Source: Paraspadella gotoi (Eukaryota; Animalia; Chaetognatha). Taken from it: a DNA stretch of 64,000 bases. Location of the stretch: NCBI GenBank assembly GCA_051294375.1, contig CM119267.1, positions 1,875,448-1,939,447 of the forward strand, in the 5' to 3' direction. The translations under genes were made by a program, and so were the position numbers. Shown here piece by piece: positions 26,678 through 39,864 of the stretch; within the stretch, counting starts at the first letter, position 1; each line of letters starts with the position of its first letter. The notes beneath the pieces are model-generated. The model ran no database searches and had not been told where the DNA came from. It saw nothing but the letters and a program-made list of their open reading frames with translations.

Positions 26678-28008
26678 NNNNNNNNNNNNNNNNNNNNNNN
26701 NNAAGAGAGAGAAACGGAAATGGTTCCATCTTAAATTAGAGACTGATCTGTATTTATAGATTTTATTTTACAATTGAACATTTCCTTGTTTCTTCTCTTT
26801 TTCCATTCCTTTCCTCCCTTCCTTNNNNNNNNNNNNNNNNNNNNNNNNNAAAAAAAAGAGAGAGGATTTTTTTTGTTTTCTTCTGCTCACCGTCAGTTTT
26901 CTCCTTGTTTTCTTTTTGTTTCTCTCTCGTCATCTTTCCTCTTTTTCCTGTTATTTTAAATGATTTTTTGCGTCGAAATCTCGAGAGAAAAGAAATTGAG
27001 ATGAGATGAACTGGAAGCCGCGTCGCTCGACGCCGATTGGTCCGATGAGCGAATACTTTTCTTCGATGGCTGATTGGTCAATCGACGCCACCTCCTCCTG
27101 TCGAGCTCGCGGGCCGTTGGGTCGAGAATGCCTTTCTCCCCCCCCAAAAAGAAATAAGGAATGAGGGGAATCTCAACCAACAAGATGATCGAAGGTAAAC
27201 AAACAAACAATATAGAAATGAATAATCTTAAGAAAGTGGAAAAGGATAATGCTGAAATAAAAGGGTGACTTTTAGAAAAGGCGGCTGGGGGGGTTTGAGA
27301 AAAGTTTGGGGTCTGGGTTGAGACACGAGATGGCTTAAGGGGATGGGATTCTTGAGATTCGTCGGGTCCATATGGATGCATCTCGAAATTCTCGTCGGGG
27401 CGTCGGACCTCGATTTTTGGGGGTTGAAAAAAAAGAAGCAAAAAAATCGTGAAAAATTAATTATTTTATATTCGGAAAAATCTTTAAGTATAATGTGTTT
27501 ACTTTCTTAAGAACAAATTGTTGTATTCAGCACGTAAAATATGGCAGTAGCACGACAATCATAATTCATAAATTGAAAATAATATTACAATACCAAACTT
27601 GCTTTTATGCGTTACAGAAAGGTTTTCTGTTTTGAAAAGTTATTCGATTTAGATTTTCATGTATACTATCTCATTAAAAGAGAACATGAAACTCAAGAAT
27701 ATGGAATCGTGGAACAGAAATGGAATCAAGCTCTCGTCTTTGGTCGAGACCCGAATGAAATCGGATAATAAGGACGGATAGGGTTCCATCCTGCTAGTGA
27801 AATCTTCTATACCCACTTTTTCTGGGATCCACTTGTATTGTTAAAAATAGCAGTAAGAATTTTGTATAGGAGTTATTCTGTCTAATGTCAGCGACGCAGC
27901 TCTCTCCTCTCGTCTCTCACTCTTTCCTTTCCTCTTTCTCTCTCTCCTTTACTTGTTTTTGTTCTTCTTCTTCCGTCATCATAAAAAGTCCACTTTTTTC
28001 TTTTTTTT

Positions 28009-29438
28009 TTCTTTTCTTTTAACTTCGATGCCATGAAAAATTTCGCCAAATCATTCGATTTATATCCTGCATCCGATATTCTTCTCTCTGCCTCCTCCTA
28101 CTCCTCCTTCCTGCTCCTCCTCGCCTGCTTGTTGTGCATACCGGCCACCTGACTTTGCAAAAACTATCGCTTGCAAACCCATTGACCTCTACAACCCTCC
28201 CTTTTTCCTTTTTCCCTTTTTTCCCCTTTTTTTCCTTTTTCCTCTTTTCCTATTTCGCTAATCGCTACCCTCTCCCCTTCCTTCTCCCTCAACCTTCACC
28301 TTCCTTCCTCCCTATTCTTCCTTTCCCCCTCCCTCCCGCCTCCCTTCACTCCTCCTTCTCGGGTAGTTTTGCTCCCATCCTGTCGGTCCGTCATGGTGAT
28401 GCGATCCACCATAAATCTGACGTCATTCTTTCGTTCAGTGTGACGGCATTTTCTCTTCGGCCCCCTCTTCGCCCTGTCTCTCTCTCTTCTGCTCATCTCT
28501 CTCGTCTCTCTCTCTCTCGTCTCTCTCCTCTTCCTGCTCTCTCTCGTCTCCCCTCACCCCCTCCGAGATCTTTTTCGAAATTCGCCAAAACTTTTTTTTT
28601 TTCCTTTCTCTTTCTCACAATGAGATTTCAATCAGCACACAACAACGCAACGAAAACAACAACAACACTACACACAAAACGACAGCTGAAGACGACGACG
28701 ACTCCAACCAGAACTGAATTCGTCATCGTTTCAAAAATTTGGGGCGAATTTCGAATTCTTAACTTCGCCGAGAGATCAGGCCAATGAGAGAGTCAATGAA
28801 GTCAATAAATCCGCCAATTAGATTCTGACGATGAACCACCGATTAGCCAATAATAGATTTCGACGAAATACCATCCATCGACCAATCAGACTGCCGTGAC
28901 GATCGACGACTGACTACGACGACGATTTAGACGACTTTCCGTCGACTCGAATTAAGACGTTGACGAGATTCCGCTGATTTGGTCAATCAGATGGTCAAGA
29001 TGCTCAGTATTGATTTGTTAATTAAGACTCAACGATTTGATGATTGGTCAGGTCAAGAAGTCGATATTTATTACTGAGTTGAGGTGACGCTCTCTGGCAA
29101 TAAATTCCGCTCATCAGCGTTTGTAGGGAGAAGAGAAAAGAACAAAAACCACAAACATATACACATACAGACGGACCGACCGAAAACCACCAGCCGACCC
29201 AACCGACAGACACATTTAACCGACTGAGAGACGGACCGAAAACGGACGACAGAACACGGACCTTCCGACAGACTAACGCGTATATCTGGTCGTCCTCACG
29301 AGAATCCTAAACCTAAGAGCGTTTTTTATCTTTTTTTTTTGTCGGCAATCAGAAGCGAGGAAAAGCGAGGGCCTGACCAATCAGAGGGAGCTATCGTTTT
29401 CGGGGATGGTTACGGGAAAGCAGGAGAGGAGAGAGAGA

Positions 29439-29491
<53 letters not shown>

Positions 29492-30452
29492 CGAGAGAGA
29501 GGTGGACGATTTGTTCACGCATCGCTTATGGTACTTTAAGCAAGAAGAAATCCCCATGGGATTAAGTCCGATCATCCGTTGTCTTGATCAAAAAAGAGAG
29601 AGAGAGAGAATAGAGAGAAACGAAATGGTTCATCTTAAAATTAGATGACGGATCGTATTTATAGTTTTATTTTACAAATTGAAAACATTTCCTTGTTTCT
29701 TTCTGCTTTTCCATTCCTTTCCTCCTTCCTTCCTTCCCTCTATTTCGCTTTCCTTCCATCTTCCTTTCCTCCTCTCTTTCTTTTCCTCCCTTCCTTCTTT
29801 CCCCCTCTTTTCCCCTTTCCTTTCCTCCCTTCCTCTTTTCCTCCTCTCTTTCTTCCTCCCTGCTCCTTTTTCCTCCTCTCTTCCTTTCCTCACCTTCCTT
29901 CTTTCCCCTCGTCTTCCTTTCCTCCCTTCCTTCGCTTCCTCCTCTCTTTTCCTTTTCCTCCCTTCCTTCTTTCCCCTCGTCTTTCCTTTCCCTCCCTTCC
30001 CTTTCCTTCCTCCCCTCTCTTTCCTTTCCTCCCTTCCTTCTTTCTTCCCTCTTTAAAGAGACGCCCAGACGAGGTTCGAAATTGGGTTGTCATGGCGACG
30101 AAAGTTGAGGAAGATGGAGGAGGCGTCCACTAAGAGTACGACGACGACGACGACGACGACGACGTCCTCGGATGGCGAGAGAAACGATTTACTCGTTTTT
30201 TTTTTCTTTTTTGAATTTTGACTGAAATTTTTTCACAATTCACGCTTTACTAGACTGAGCTTGACTCAGCAACAGTCAATGTGGTCTCACAGTCAGTCTC
30301 CTACCCATCTCACCTTCTTCATTTATCCAATTCACAAAAACCACTCACGGTTACTTTCACATCTGCGTTCCAGTTTTTCCTTCACAAATTTTCACTCTTA
30401 CATTATTTTCGGTGTGAAGAATTTTTTGTGAAACTTAATCCCAAAATATTTC

Positions 30453-30483
<31 letters not shown>

Positions 30484-30581
30484 GAGCAAAAATTCTCAAA
30501 AACGTTGGATCTGGAATACTGAGAAAGTCTGAGGGGAAAATGAGAGATGGAAAGAAAGAAAGAATGAAAAAGAAGAAAGAC

Positions 30582-30613
<32 letters not shown>

Positions 30614-31167
30614 AAAAAAGAAAAGAGAAAGAAAGAGAAAAGAAGAAAGAAAGGAAAGAAAGAAAGAAAGAAAGAATAAAAGAAGTCACAAAAACAATTA
30701 AAAAAATATTTTGAACAAAAAAAAAAATGTTTTTAATTAAGTTTTGAATGATGTTAATTCATAATGAATCATTAAAGTCATTAAAATTGTGAAATTAGAT
30801 TAAGATGACGACGACATATACGACGATAAAGAGCGAATAAGGCATAGACGAAGTTTAACTACAACGAGGGTTTCGCTGTCTCATTATTCTGAAATTAAAA
30901 CGGTGGTTTATGAATGTTTATCACGTCCAAGTGAAATGTTTCATTTAAATGATTTCATCATTGGAGTTCAATCGATGGGTTGTCTCGCTCTCTCTCTCTC
31001 TCTCTCTCCTCTCTCCTCTCTTTCTCTCTTATCCATCTCTATCTCAATCTCTCTTTCCTCTCTTCTCTGTCTCCCTTTCTTTTCTCTCTCTCTCTCTCAT
31101 TCTAATCTCTCTTCTTCTTTCTCGTCTCTCTCTGTCTCTCTCTCTTCTCTCCCTCCTCATCTCCCAC
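28009..31167 (-). repeat. Right arm of the inverted duplication
   Basis: Reverse complement of 23464-26677. The inner ~2 kb looks identical; the outer part has indels. Its distal end (30800-31150) is repeated again at ~31490-31860. Confidence 0.95.
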
Positions 31168-31657
31168 NNNNNNNNNNNNNNNNNNNNNNNNNTTGCATTT
31201 ATAAAAGCAATGGTCTAAAATTTTTGGTAAGCCGTTGAATTTGATGTTGCTATTATTATTGCCTTCATCTTTTTTACTATTTTTGATCTTAGTTAGCTTT
31301 TTGTTGGAGGGTCAAGGGTTATGGTTTCAGATACAGATATGTCCAGTAGTGTTTACTATGCGCACAATATACCCAAGTAGTATCTCAATTAATTTGGAAT
31401 CTTCAGGAAACATTTTAAAAGGACAATAATTCAGCACTGAGACCGTTTTCGCCACGTATTTTTCATGTGTTCACTATACGCACGAAAATGACTCGACGAT
31501 AATGACGACGAAAGTAAGCATAGACAAGTTAACTACAACGAGGGTTTCGCTGTTCATTATTCTCGAAATTAAAACGGTGGTTTATGAATGTTTATCACGT
31601 CCAAGTGAATGTTTCATTAAATGATTCATCATTGAGTTCAATCGATGGGTTGTCTCG

Positions 31658-31688
<31 letters not shown>

Positions 31689-33278
31689 TCTCTCTTTTCA
31701 TCTCTATCAATCTCTCTTTTCTCTCTCTGTCTCTTCTTTCCCTCTTTCTCTCATCTCTCTCTCTCTTTTCTCGTCTCTCTCTATTCTCTCTTCTTCTTTC
31801 TCTCTCTCTCTGTCTCTCTCTCTCTCTCTCTCTCCTCTCTACTTTCTCTCTCTCTCCTGTTTCTTTATGTGTCTCTGTCTCTTTTCCACTTCTCTCCCCC
31901 ACTCTGGTATTCATTTAAGGTAGAGAATAAAATCCTCTTGTTTTCTTTTTCCCCGAAGGAAAAACAGAAAACAAAATTCTTCTAAACAGGATAAAGAAAA
32001 TATCGAGTCGCTGTATGAGAAGAGATGAGTGGAGAGAGAGAGAGGAGACGCAGAGACTGAGATCGAGGGACAATGATAGAGAGAAGACTGATATACAATC
32101 TTCATGATGATGAGGAGAGAGAGAGAGTTCAGGATAAGTCGAGCAGAGGAGGGATGGAAAACAAGTTTGAGCAAACAATGCCAGATCTGCCCACGATCAT
32201 TTGCGGGAAGCAGCTGATCAGATAATTAATTAATTAATTAATTTATATTAATTTTTTTATTCGTGTCAAAATTGTTTTCCACTTTGTCTCGCCTCTCAAT
32301 CTCAAAACAACAATCTTGATCATAAAATTAATTAATTAATTAATTATTTATTAATATTTAATTAATGCAGCTTGAATTGACATTTAATAGAAAAATATAA
32401 AAGAACATAATCAAATAGTGAAAAAGATTGTTTGTTTTTCCCATTTTAACTAATTTCCACATAGACGATTCCATCGAAACTTGATTTCCAGCTTAATCAC
32501 ACACTTTTCTACCCAAATACAAAATTTCAAGTCGATCGCCCCATCCACTCATGAGTAATTGGTGTTCAATTAGTAAACTATATTTTTTTGTTTTTTTCCA
32601 TTTAAACTTCATATCCAGCTCAATCACACACTTCCCTACCCACACACAAAATTTCATTCCAATCCATCCATCAAATCACGAGTAATTGGTGATATTTGCT
32701 AAGGTGGGACGGACGGACGGACGGACAGACAGAAAGGCAGACAGACAGACGGATCGATCGATGATCTGACATGATATGAGTGAAGATTGGGGGGAGGTAG
32801 ACCGACGGACCGACAAAGTGAATTATAGAGTCGGAATCTGCTGATAAAGAGATCCTGCTAAAAAGGGAAAAGCGGGAGAGATGAGAGGAATGTATCTGGG
32901 ACGATGCCCCTGAAGAGGAGATTGAGACGAGACGATAGAAGAGAGAGAGAAGGCTTACGAAGAATCGAGGAGAGAATAGAGAGAGAGGTCCACTTGGCGA
33001 AGGCTCTATCGTTCGGGTTCCGCGGCAGCGCTGCTGTTCCCTGATCATATCGGACTTTCCAGGGATTTAAAAAAAAAAAATAGAAAAAAAACCTTTTAAC
33101 AAAGAACAAAGTTAATAATTTGCTTTTCCGTCGATTCACCACCCTTTTGAGCCCTTAACACCCCACTTCAGAACGACTACGAGAGAGAGAGAGAGAGAGA
33201 GAGAGTTGAGTATCCTTCTTCATCAAATCTTGGTTCCTTAAAGATTAAGGGGAGTATCTTGAACGGAACCGCCCTTCT

Positions 33279-33382
33279 CTTTTAACTTTTCTTTTAACTT
33301 ATCTTTTAACTTATCTTTTAACTTCTCTTTTAACATATCTTTTAACTTCTCTTTTAACTTATCTTTTAACTTATTTTTTAAC
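33279..33382. repeat. 12-bp tandem repeat (TCTTTTAACTTA-like, ~8 units)
   Basis: Visible tandem cttttaacttat/cttttaacttct units. Confidence 0.9.
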
Positions 33383-33416
33383 TCATATCTTTTTATACCA
33401 GTTGATCCAATTTTTC

Positions 33417-33570
33417 AAGTTGACCAAATTATGCTCGTTGAACAAATTATGCCCGTTGAACAAATTATGCCAGTTGACCAAATTATGTCAGTTGACCAAA
33501 TTATGCATGTCTACAGTTTGATCTTAGATCTCAGATCAAATTATGCAAGTTGACCAAGTTATGCAAGTTG
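33417..33570. repeat. 18-bp tandem repeat (GTTGACCAAATTATGCNN, ~7 units)
   Basis: gttgaccaaattatgctc / gttgaacaaattatgccc / gttgaacaaattatgcca / gttgaccaaattatgtca and further degenerate units. Confidence 0.9.
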
Positions 33571-34339
33571 GTATACGCGCAGCTACAGCCTACTGGTAAT
33601 GATCAAAAATAATTAATTGATTCTATAGGAATTTTCATAGATTATTAAAAGTCCTGTTATCGCATTTTGTTATGTTGCATTAGTGATGATCTGTTAGATC
33701 AACAAATTGAAAGTCAAAACGAAATTATCTGTGATTTATTATCGGATTAGCCTTATTAACCTGGTAAATTATCGTAGGCAGATCCGAGATTGTTGATGCA
33801 AACTTGTTTTACAAAATTCTCTAAGTCAAAAAATTGCAACAAAAAAACCCTATAATTTAAAGCTGTAAATTATTAAGTTATTATATTATATACATTTTTT
33901 ATTTGATATTACTTTAATATGAATCAATATCACCGCCTAAATTTTAATTTGAATAACAAGTAGACGAAGCGGATTCGATAACGATTTCGGACATCAAAGC
34001 GCGAAGTGTGATTGTCTGAGCGAAAATGTGATAAAATGGGAGGAGGAGAAAAAGTGTGAATTCTGACTTCAGGAGGCGGAAAGAGTGAAAACTGTGAAAA
34101 CTTTGATACAATCACGGTTCTTCTTTTCGGTGAAACAAACGTAAAATTAAATTCTTTTTTACTTCCATCAGTGAAAAGGAAAATAAAAGTGTAAGTTTAT
34201 CAGGGAAACTTTAATACAGGAGGCCGAGGGGAGAGAGGGGTAGGGAAGAGAGAGAGGAGAGAGAGAAGAGAGAGAGAGAGTAGTAGAGAGGAGAGAGAGA
34301 GAGAGAGAAGAGAAGAGAGAGAGGAGAGAGAGAGAGAGA

Positions 34340-34642
34340 GCTGAACTCCCTCGAGGGAGGAGAGTGCCTCAGAGCGGAGCGGCGAAAAGGAGTCGAGGTG
34401 TAGCCGGGGGTGAAGGGGAGGTGGCCGGGTGGGAAGGTGGCAGGAGTGAGGACCTGGTGGAGGAATGGGGAAGGTGGCAGTGGGTGGCAAGGGTAGGGAG
34501 GTGGCAGGGCGGGAGTGCAAAGGATTTGGTGGAGACTGTCCGAATTGCAAAGGGAATTCGGCCGCGGGTTTTGACACCGACCGACTGAGGGCGGCGCAGC
34601 TTAAAAGGAATGCTGTTAATAGACATAATGCCACTGGTCTCA
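34340..34642 (-). CDS. Possible first coding exon of a host secreted protein
   Basis: MRPVALCLLTAFLLSCAALSRSVSKPAAEFPLQFGQSPP looks like a signal peptide, and an acceptor-like ttatattttcgtcag lies upstream at ~34701. No family was recognised. Confidence 0.3.
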
Positions 34643-35149
34643 TGTTCGAGACATAATATCTCATGTTATACGAACGTGATCGTCCTATCAGTCGTTGGCT
34701 CTGACGAAAATATAACAAATAAATTCGAGGCAAGTTTCGAATTAAAAATTAAATTACAAAGCTTTTTTTCGATTGAAATTTTTTTTTCACTAATAAATTC
34801 GTGACTTTGAAAAAAAATTTTCGTTTTGTTTCTTTAAAAATTCGAATTTACGAAGTTTCCTTGATTTTGGTTCTTTGTTTTTTGTTTTTTTTGTTCGTTT
34901 TTTTATTTTTTTTTCGTATCAGAAATTGAATAAGTAACGTGGTTTGTTTTTTTTTTTAGTTTTAAAATAGAATATCCTACTTTGGTTCTAACTAGTATTT
35001 AAATAATTAATTTTAATTAACTACTTAATTAAATCATTTACAATAATTTATTTTAACGTTTTATTGTTTGGCTTTGGACATCATTTTTTCCATTTAACTT
35101 TATCATTGTTCAGTTATCATTGTCTTTTTGCTGTTTGAATAAATTTTAG

Positions 35150-35328
35150 AGTAATAAGAAACAAAATCCGTTGGTACAGCAAATTTAGTTTTTATTTATA
35201 GATGGCAACATGTTTTCGACCGTCTTATTCATTAGCTGGTGACAGACTCGTAAATAAGAGTCGAAACCATGTCCATTATAATAAAACGTAAATTGCGTGT
35301 TAGCAACGGATTTTTTGCGTTATTACCA
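35150..35328. mobile_element. Second Penelope-like inverted-repeat remnant with a degenerate hammerhead (35236-35273, + strand)
   Basis: Imperfect arms gtaataagaaacaaaatccgttg... / ...caacggattttttgcgttattac. Internal ctggtgacagactc-gtaaataa-gagtc-gaaaccatgtc resembles CUGAUGA-stem II-GAAACAUGUC. Confidence 0.55.
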
Positions 35329-38300
35329 TCATTTATTATCAAAATGACTTTCCGTTCCAAAAATTGTAATACCCACTACTATATAATTGAAATATCGGAA
35401 AAAAATTGAAAAATACGCAATTGTTTGATAACTAAAATAAATAATAAATAAATAAATGACACAATGTGGCGAACTAATTAAATTTTCTGACTTAAAAAAA
35501 AAAAATTGTTAAAAATTTAAAAAGAATTTATTGTAAAAGTAAATCCTTCTAAAGATAGCCTGCTTGTTTGATCTGTTCGAGTTTCTGCTGCGAGATCATG
35601 TTGGTTTCGTCGGTTCTAGGTTTCTGTTTTTTTCTTTCCTCTCTCCGCATTACAAGCGACGAGCGCTGCGGTTCGCTTTTCCCGCGAAAATCTCCGACGC
35701 AAATCAACTTACATGTCCTGAAATTAATTTTCTTGCTCAAGCGGATTCAAATTTAACATAAGGAAATGAACCCAGAGGCCAGGACCAAGACTTGTCTGCT
35801 GGCCGGCGGGCATGAGGGTCTCGACTCTCTCTCTCTTCTCTCACATCTCTGTCTTCATCTCTCCTTCGTTCTCTCCATCTCTCTCTCTCCTTACCTCTCC
35901 TCTAAACCGGCGAAAAACCGCCTCCCTCATTCTCTACTTTCCTTCACTTTTTTCCGCTTCTTCTCTTCTTTTCGCTCCAAATGTTTCCTTCCCTTCTCTT
36001 TTTTTTATTTCTGTTTCTTCTCTCCTTTTTTTAATATTATATTTATTTTCTTTATACTACTTTTCCCCAGTTTAGTTTTCTCATTCCTTTTTTTCTTCCT
36101 TCCTTTTTTCTCCGCTAAATTTTCTCCCCTACTCTAATGCCTTTTTTTCCCCTTTCCTCTCTCTACATCCTTTTCTTTCCTTCCCTCCCTCTTAATCGCT
36201 TTCTTTCCTTTCCTCCTCTCTAATCCTTTTCTTCCTTTCCTCACTCTCTAATCTCTTTCTTTCCTTTTTTTCCTTCATCTTTAGCACCTTGTATGCTTAT
36301 AAAACTAATTCCGGGAACTCCTCTTTTTCTTTTCTCTACTCATGTTTCCCACTTACCCTCCCTTTCTCTCTTCTTTCGCTCTCTCTTCCTATTCTCTTGC
36401 TTCTCTCTTCAACCTCTCTCTTCCCCTTTCCGCACTCCTTCCTTTCCTCTCTCTTACTCTCTCCCCACCTCTGCTCTTTCCCCTTTCCCCAGATGTAACT
36501 CACTCCTTCTCTCCTTATCCTCTCCTCTTCCTCACCTCCCCCATCTCTCTCTTTACCCTTTCCCCACTCGCTTCCCTTTCCTCTCTCTTCCTCTCTCCCC
36601 CACCTGCTCCTCTTTCTCCTCATTTCCCCCCCTACGGGTCTCAAAGACTCCCGTTATGGCCATCGTAAACTTTAATTGGCTACAATTACAATTCTCGTCT
36701 CCGGGCAACAAATGCCCGGGGGGAGACCGTACGCGCCACCGAGTCCAGTTAACTGCGACGAAAGACCCAACTTTTGGGGAGGGGGCCGGTTAGAAGGGAG
36801 GGGGTATTTGGGGGGGCAAGTTATAGGGTAGGGGTTAAAAGGGGGTCTGTAGGCCAGGGGGAAAGAAAAGGAAGAGAGGTAAATGAAAAGAAAAAAAAGG
36901 GGGAAGATGGAGAGGAAGAAAAAGTGAGCAAAAGAGAGGAGGAAAAGGAGATGAAAGAGGAGGAAAGGAGATAGGAGATAAAGAGAAAGGAAAGAGAGAA
37001 AGGAATAGAGGAGAATAAAAAAGAAGAGGAAAGGAGATAGGCGATAAAGAGAAAGGAAAAGAGAGAAAAAGGTAGAGGAGATAAAAAGAGGAGGAAAGAA
37101 GATAGGAGATAGAGAAAGGAAAAGAGAAGAAACGGATAGAGGATTAAAAGAAAGAGAAAAGGAGATAAAGAGAAACTAAATAGGAGGAAGGAGAGAAGCT
37201 GTACTCAGAAGGAAAAGTGCAGTTTAGATTTATCTCTCGTTCCAGTTTCTATGCGCCAGAAGACTTTAGTCGGGAACAAAATTGGATGGCAATTATGGCC
37301 GATTTAGACTTAGTTTATTTGCTATTTATGAATAAAGGTTGAATATGCGAAACAAGTAAAAAATATATATGATTTAACGAACAATTGTTTATATTCTGCT
37401 CTCTCTTCGTCTCATGATCTCATCTTCTCTCGGTCGGCTTCGTCTCTCTATCTCTCAAGCTCTGCTCTCTCTACCTCTCTACTCTCTCCTCTTCCTCGTC
37501 TGCTCTATCTGAATATTGATGCACAGTGACAAAAGAGGTGACGCGACCGTCATTGTTATGTAAATCTTAAGATCGAACCGCGATACGTTCGGCTCGAAAC
37601 CGCCGACACGACAATGCGTCGGCAATTGGCAATTGCCATTGTGTCGGCAACGCGTCCGGCGATCGAAAGAGGGCGCGGCCCATCCGGCGAGTGACGCGGG
37701 GTTGACACGAGCGTGACAGGAGCGTGACACGAAGAAACCCGAGTCTGAGTCAAACCTGTCAAAAGTTCCTTTCATCTTTTGCATCAAAAGATTTGAAATT
37801 GAGAAAGATTTTTACAATTTGATTTAAAAAAAAATTTAAAAAAAAAAGATTTTTTTTCTGTCATTTTTTTAAAATATTTTTTTTTTCTTTTCTTTTGTAT
37901 TTTTTAAACTTTTCTTTCTGTCCCTTTTTTTTAATTTCATTTTTTCTTTCTGTTTTTTCTTTCTTTCTTTCTTGCCGATGTCTCTCCAACTTATTAATTT
38001 TTAAGTCATCTTATGTCAATTTCAGTCGTTTTACGTCGCTTTTTTTATGTCACTTGACGTCATCTAACACTAATTTATCTTTTCATATTTTCTTTATTAA
38101 ATATTCTTACCTTTTTCGATATCCTTCGTTCAAAAACATTTGTCTCAAGGTCAGTCGCTGTCCGTGAGTCAGTCGCTCCTTACCCATCGAGCTTGATGTA
38201 TTTCTTCGTCTTTGTGAAGACTCACAGTAGTTTTTACTGTCCAGATTTTTGACTTTTGTCGTCCGACGTCGCGAACCGAGGTGTCCATCTAATGCCTTTT

Positions 38301-39864
38301 GTCCCTTCACAGATCCCAGTCCTCTGACGACCACACGCTTCTTGTCCAGTAACATTCTTGTTTTTTCGCGGAGCAGCTCTTTTAGTTTACTTTTAGATCG
38401 GTCGGTCAGGTAAATTCTGCCATCCGGTCTGGTCCACTACGGTAAATTCTCAAATATGGCATATAATCTGCAGTCGGTTGCTCCATTTTGTTAAGAACGA
38501 AAAAACATCAAAATCTAAAGTGACCTGCTTGCGCCCGCCTTCCAGGAAATCTTAAAAACTATATAAGAGATACAAAGGACGAAGAAGGGGATAATAGGTA
38601 CGTGTCAGAGCACCGACAAAAATTCTTAGACATACTTGCCTATCCTGATGAGTCCATCACTCACTTTCCGGTGCATGACTGTCACAAACTTCCTCCGGAA
38701 GACGTACATTTCACTCCTCCTCGTGTTATTCGACGTGTCATCACTGTTATTATTATTAACGCCATTCCGATCATGAACGTCATCTACCCTTGCCGGTTCC
38801 GAGTCATACGTCCATCACTTTCATCGTACTGTCCGATCATGCGGTCATCATTTCTGGTACGATTCAAACGTATGTACGTTCTTACTATGTGAGTCAAGAT
38901 TCAAGAACTCGTTCAACTCATGACGTTTAAGAGATCATAGACGTCAACATCTCAGCCCATGACGTCACCAATCCTTTCTCTCTCAATTTCAACATATGAT
39001 GCAAGATATAAGAATCACCCTAAGCAATGAGAAGTAACAATGGATATATTTGAGAACTGTTATATCTCTTGACTTTCATTAAATCCTTTATCATTATTAG
39101 ACTGAAATGAATTAAACAATTGTGGCTGAAATAAAAGTGGATCATTTGTTTTTTCCTTAATTGCTTGAGATTGAAAATGCTCTCGCGGATATTTGTAGAA
39201 GAAAAAACAAAAGATAAAAGCGAACTTCCATTTATAATATTTTTTTTGGAAGCAACTTTATATTTCACTTGTCTTATTTAGCTATCTCATATTTATTGAC
39301 GAAACTCATTAATCTAATTTTTTTAATGTTTAAACTAAAGATTTATGTAACTAATTTTATTAATTAATTAATTTTGAAAAACGAGAAGTTTATTTTACAA
39401 CAAAGCTAAACATTTTTTTGTTAATGAACGAAATTTAGTTCAGTTTTCCNNNNNNNNNNGAGTCAAATCGTCGAAGATAGCTGTATTAATAAAATACAAA
39501 TTTAATTATTTAATGTATTAATAACGATATAAGATAAAGAACACTGAGCAATGTAAATTTTTTTTATCCACTGACCTTGGATCTCCTTTAGGCGTTCAAT
39601 AATTACTTTGTTTGGCCGAGGTGGTGGTACCGGAGGAGCTTTTTTTGGCCTCATCATCGTTGTCTTCTTTGTCTTTAAAAAAAGTAGAGAAAAGAAATAT
39701 TAAGTACTAATATGTTTACGTATTACTAAAAATACCCAAAGCATTAATTTGAAATTTTGGTGATATATGTATTTAATTAAACCGATTAATTTGAACGCGA
39801 TAATAGAACCTAAAACTAAACCTGCTATTAATCTATCTAGTCTAATCATATATTAAACTAATAA

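Noticed and set aside
23464-31167. Large inverted repeat as the Maverick TIRs
   Set aside because: The arms flank only a 1.3-kb non-coding spacer and lie more than 8 kb from the viral genes.
33279-33570. Short regular repeats as a CRISPR array
   Set aside because: Head-to-tail tandem units without unique spacers, no cas genes, eukaryotic context.
6600-37200. Many ER/RE-, SL/LS- and F-rich ORFs, including the duplicated 217-aa ORF
   Set aside because: These are translations of GA/CT and purine/pyrimidine tracts that lack stop codons; no domain-like sequence is present.
37800-39860. Left terminal inverted repeat of the Maverick
   Set aside because: No inverted match to the right end and no convincing AGT-type terminus seen by eye; an N gap at 39450 and the window edge obscure the ends.
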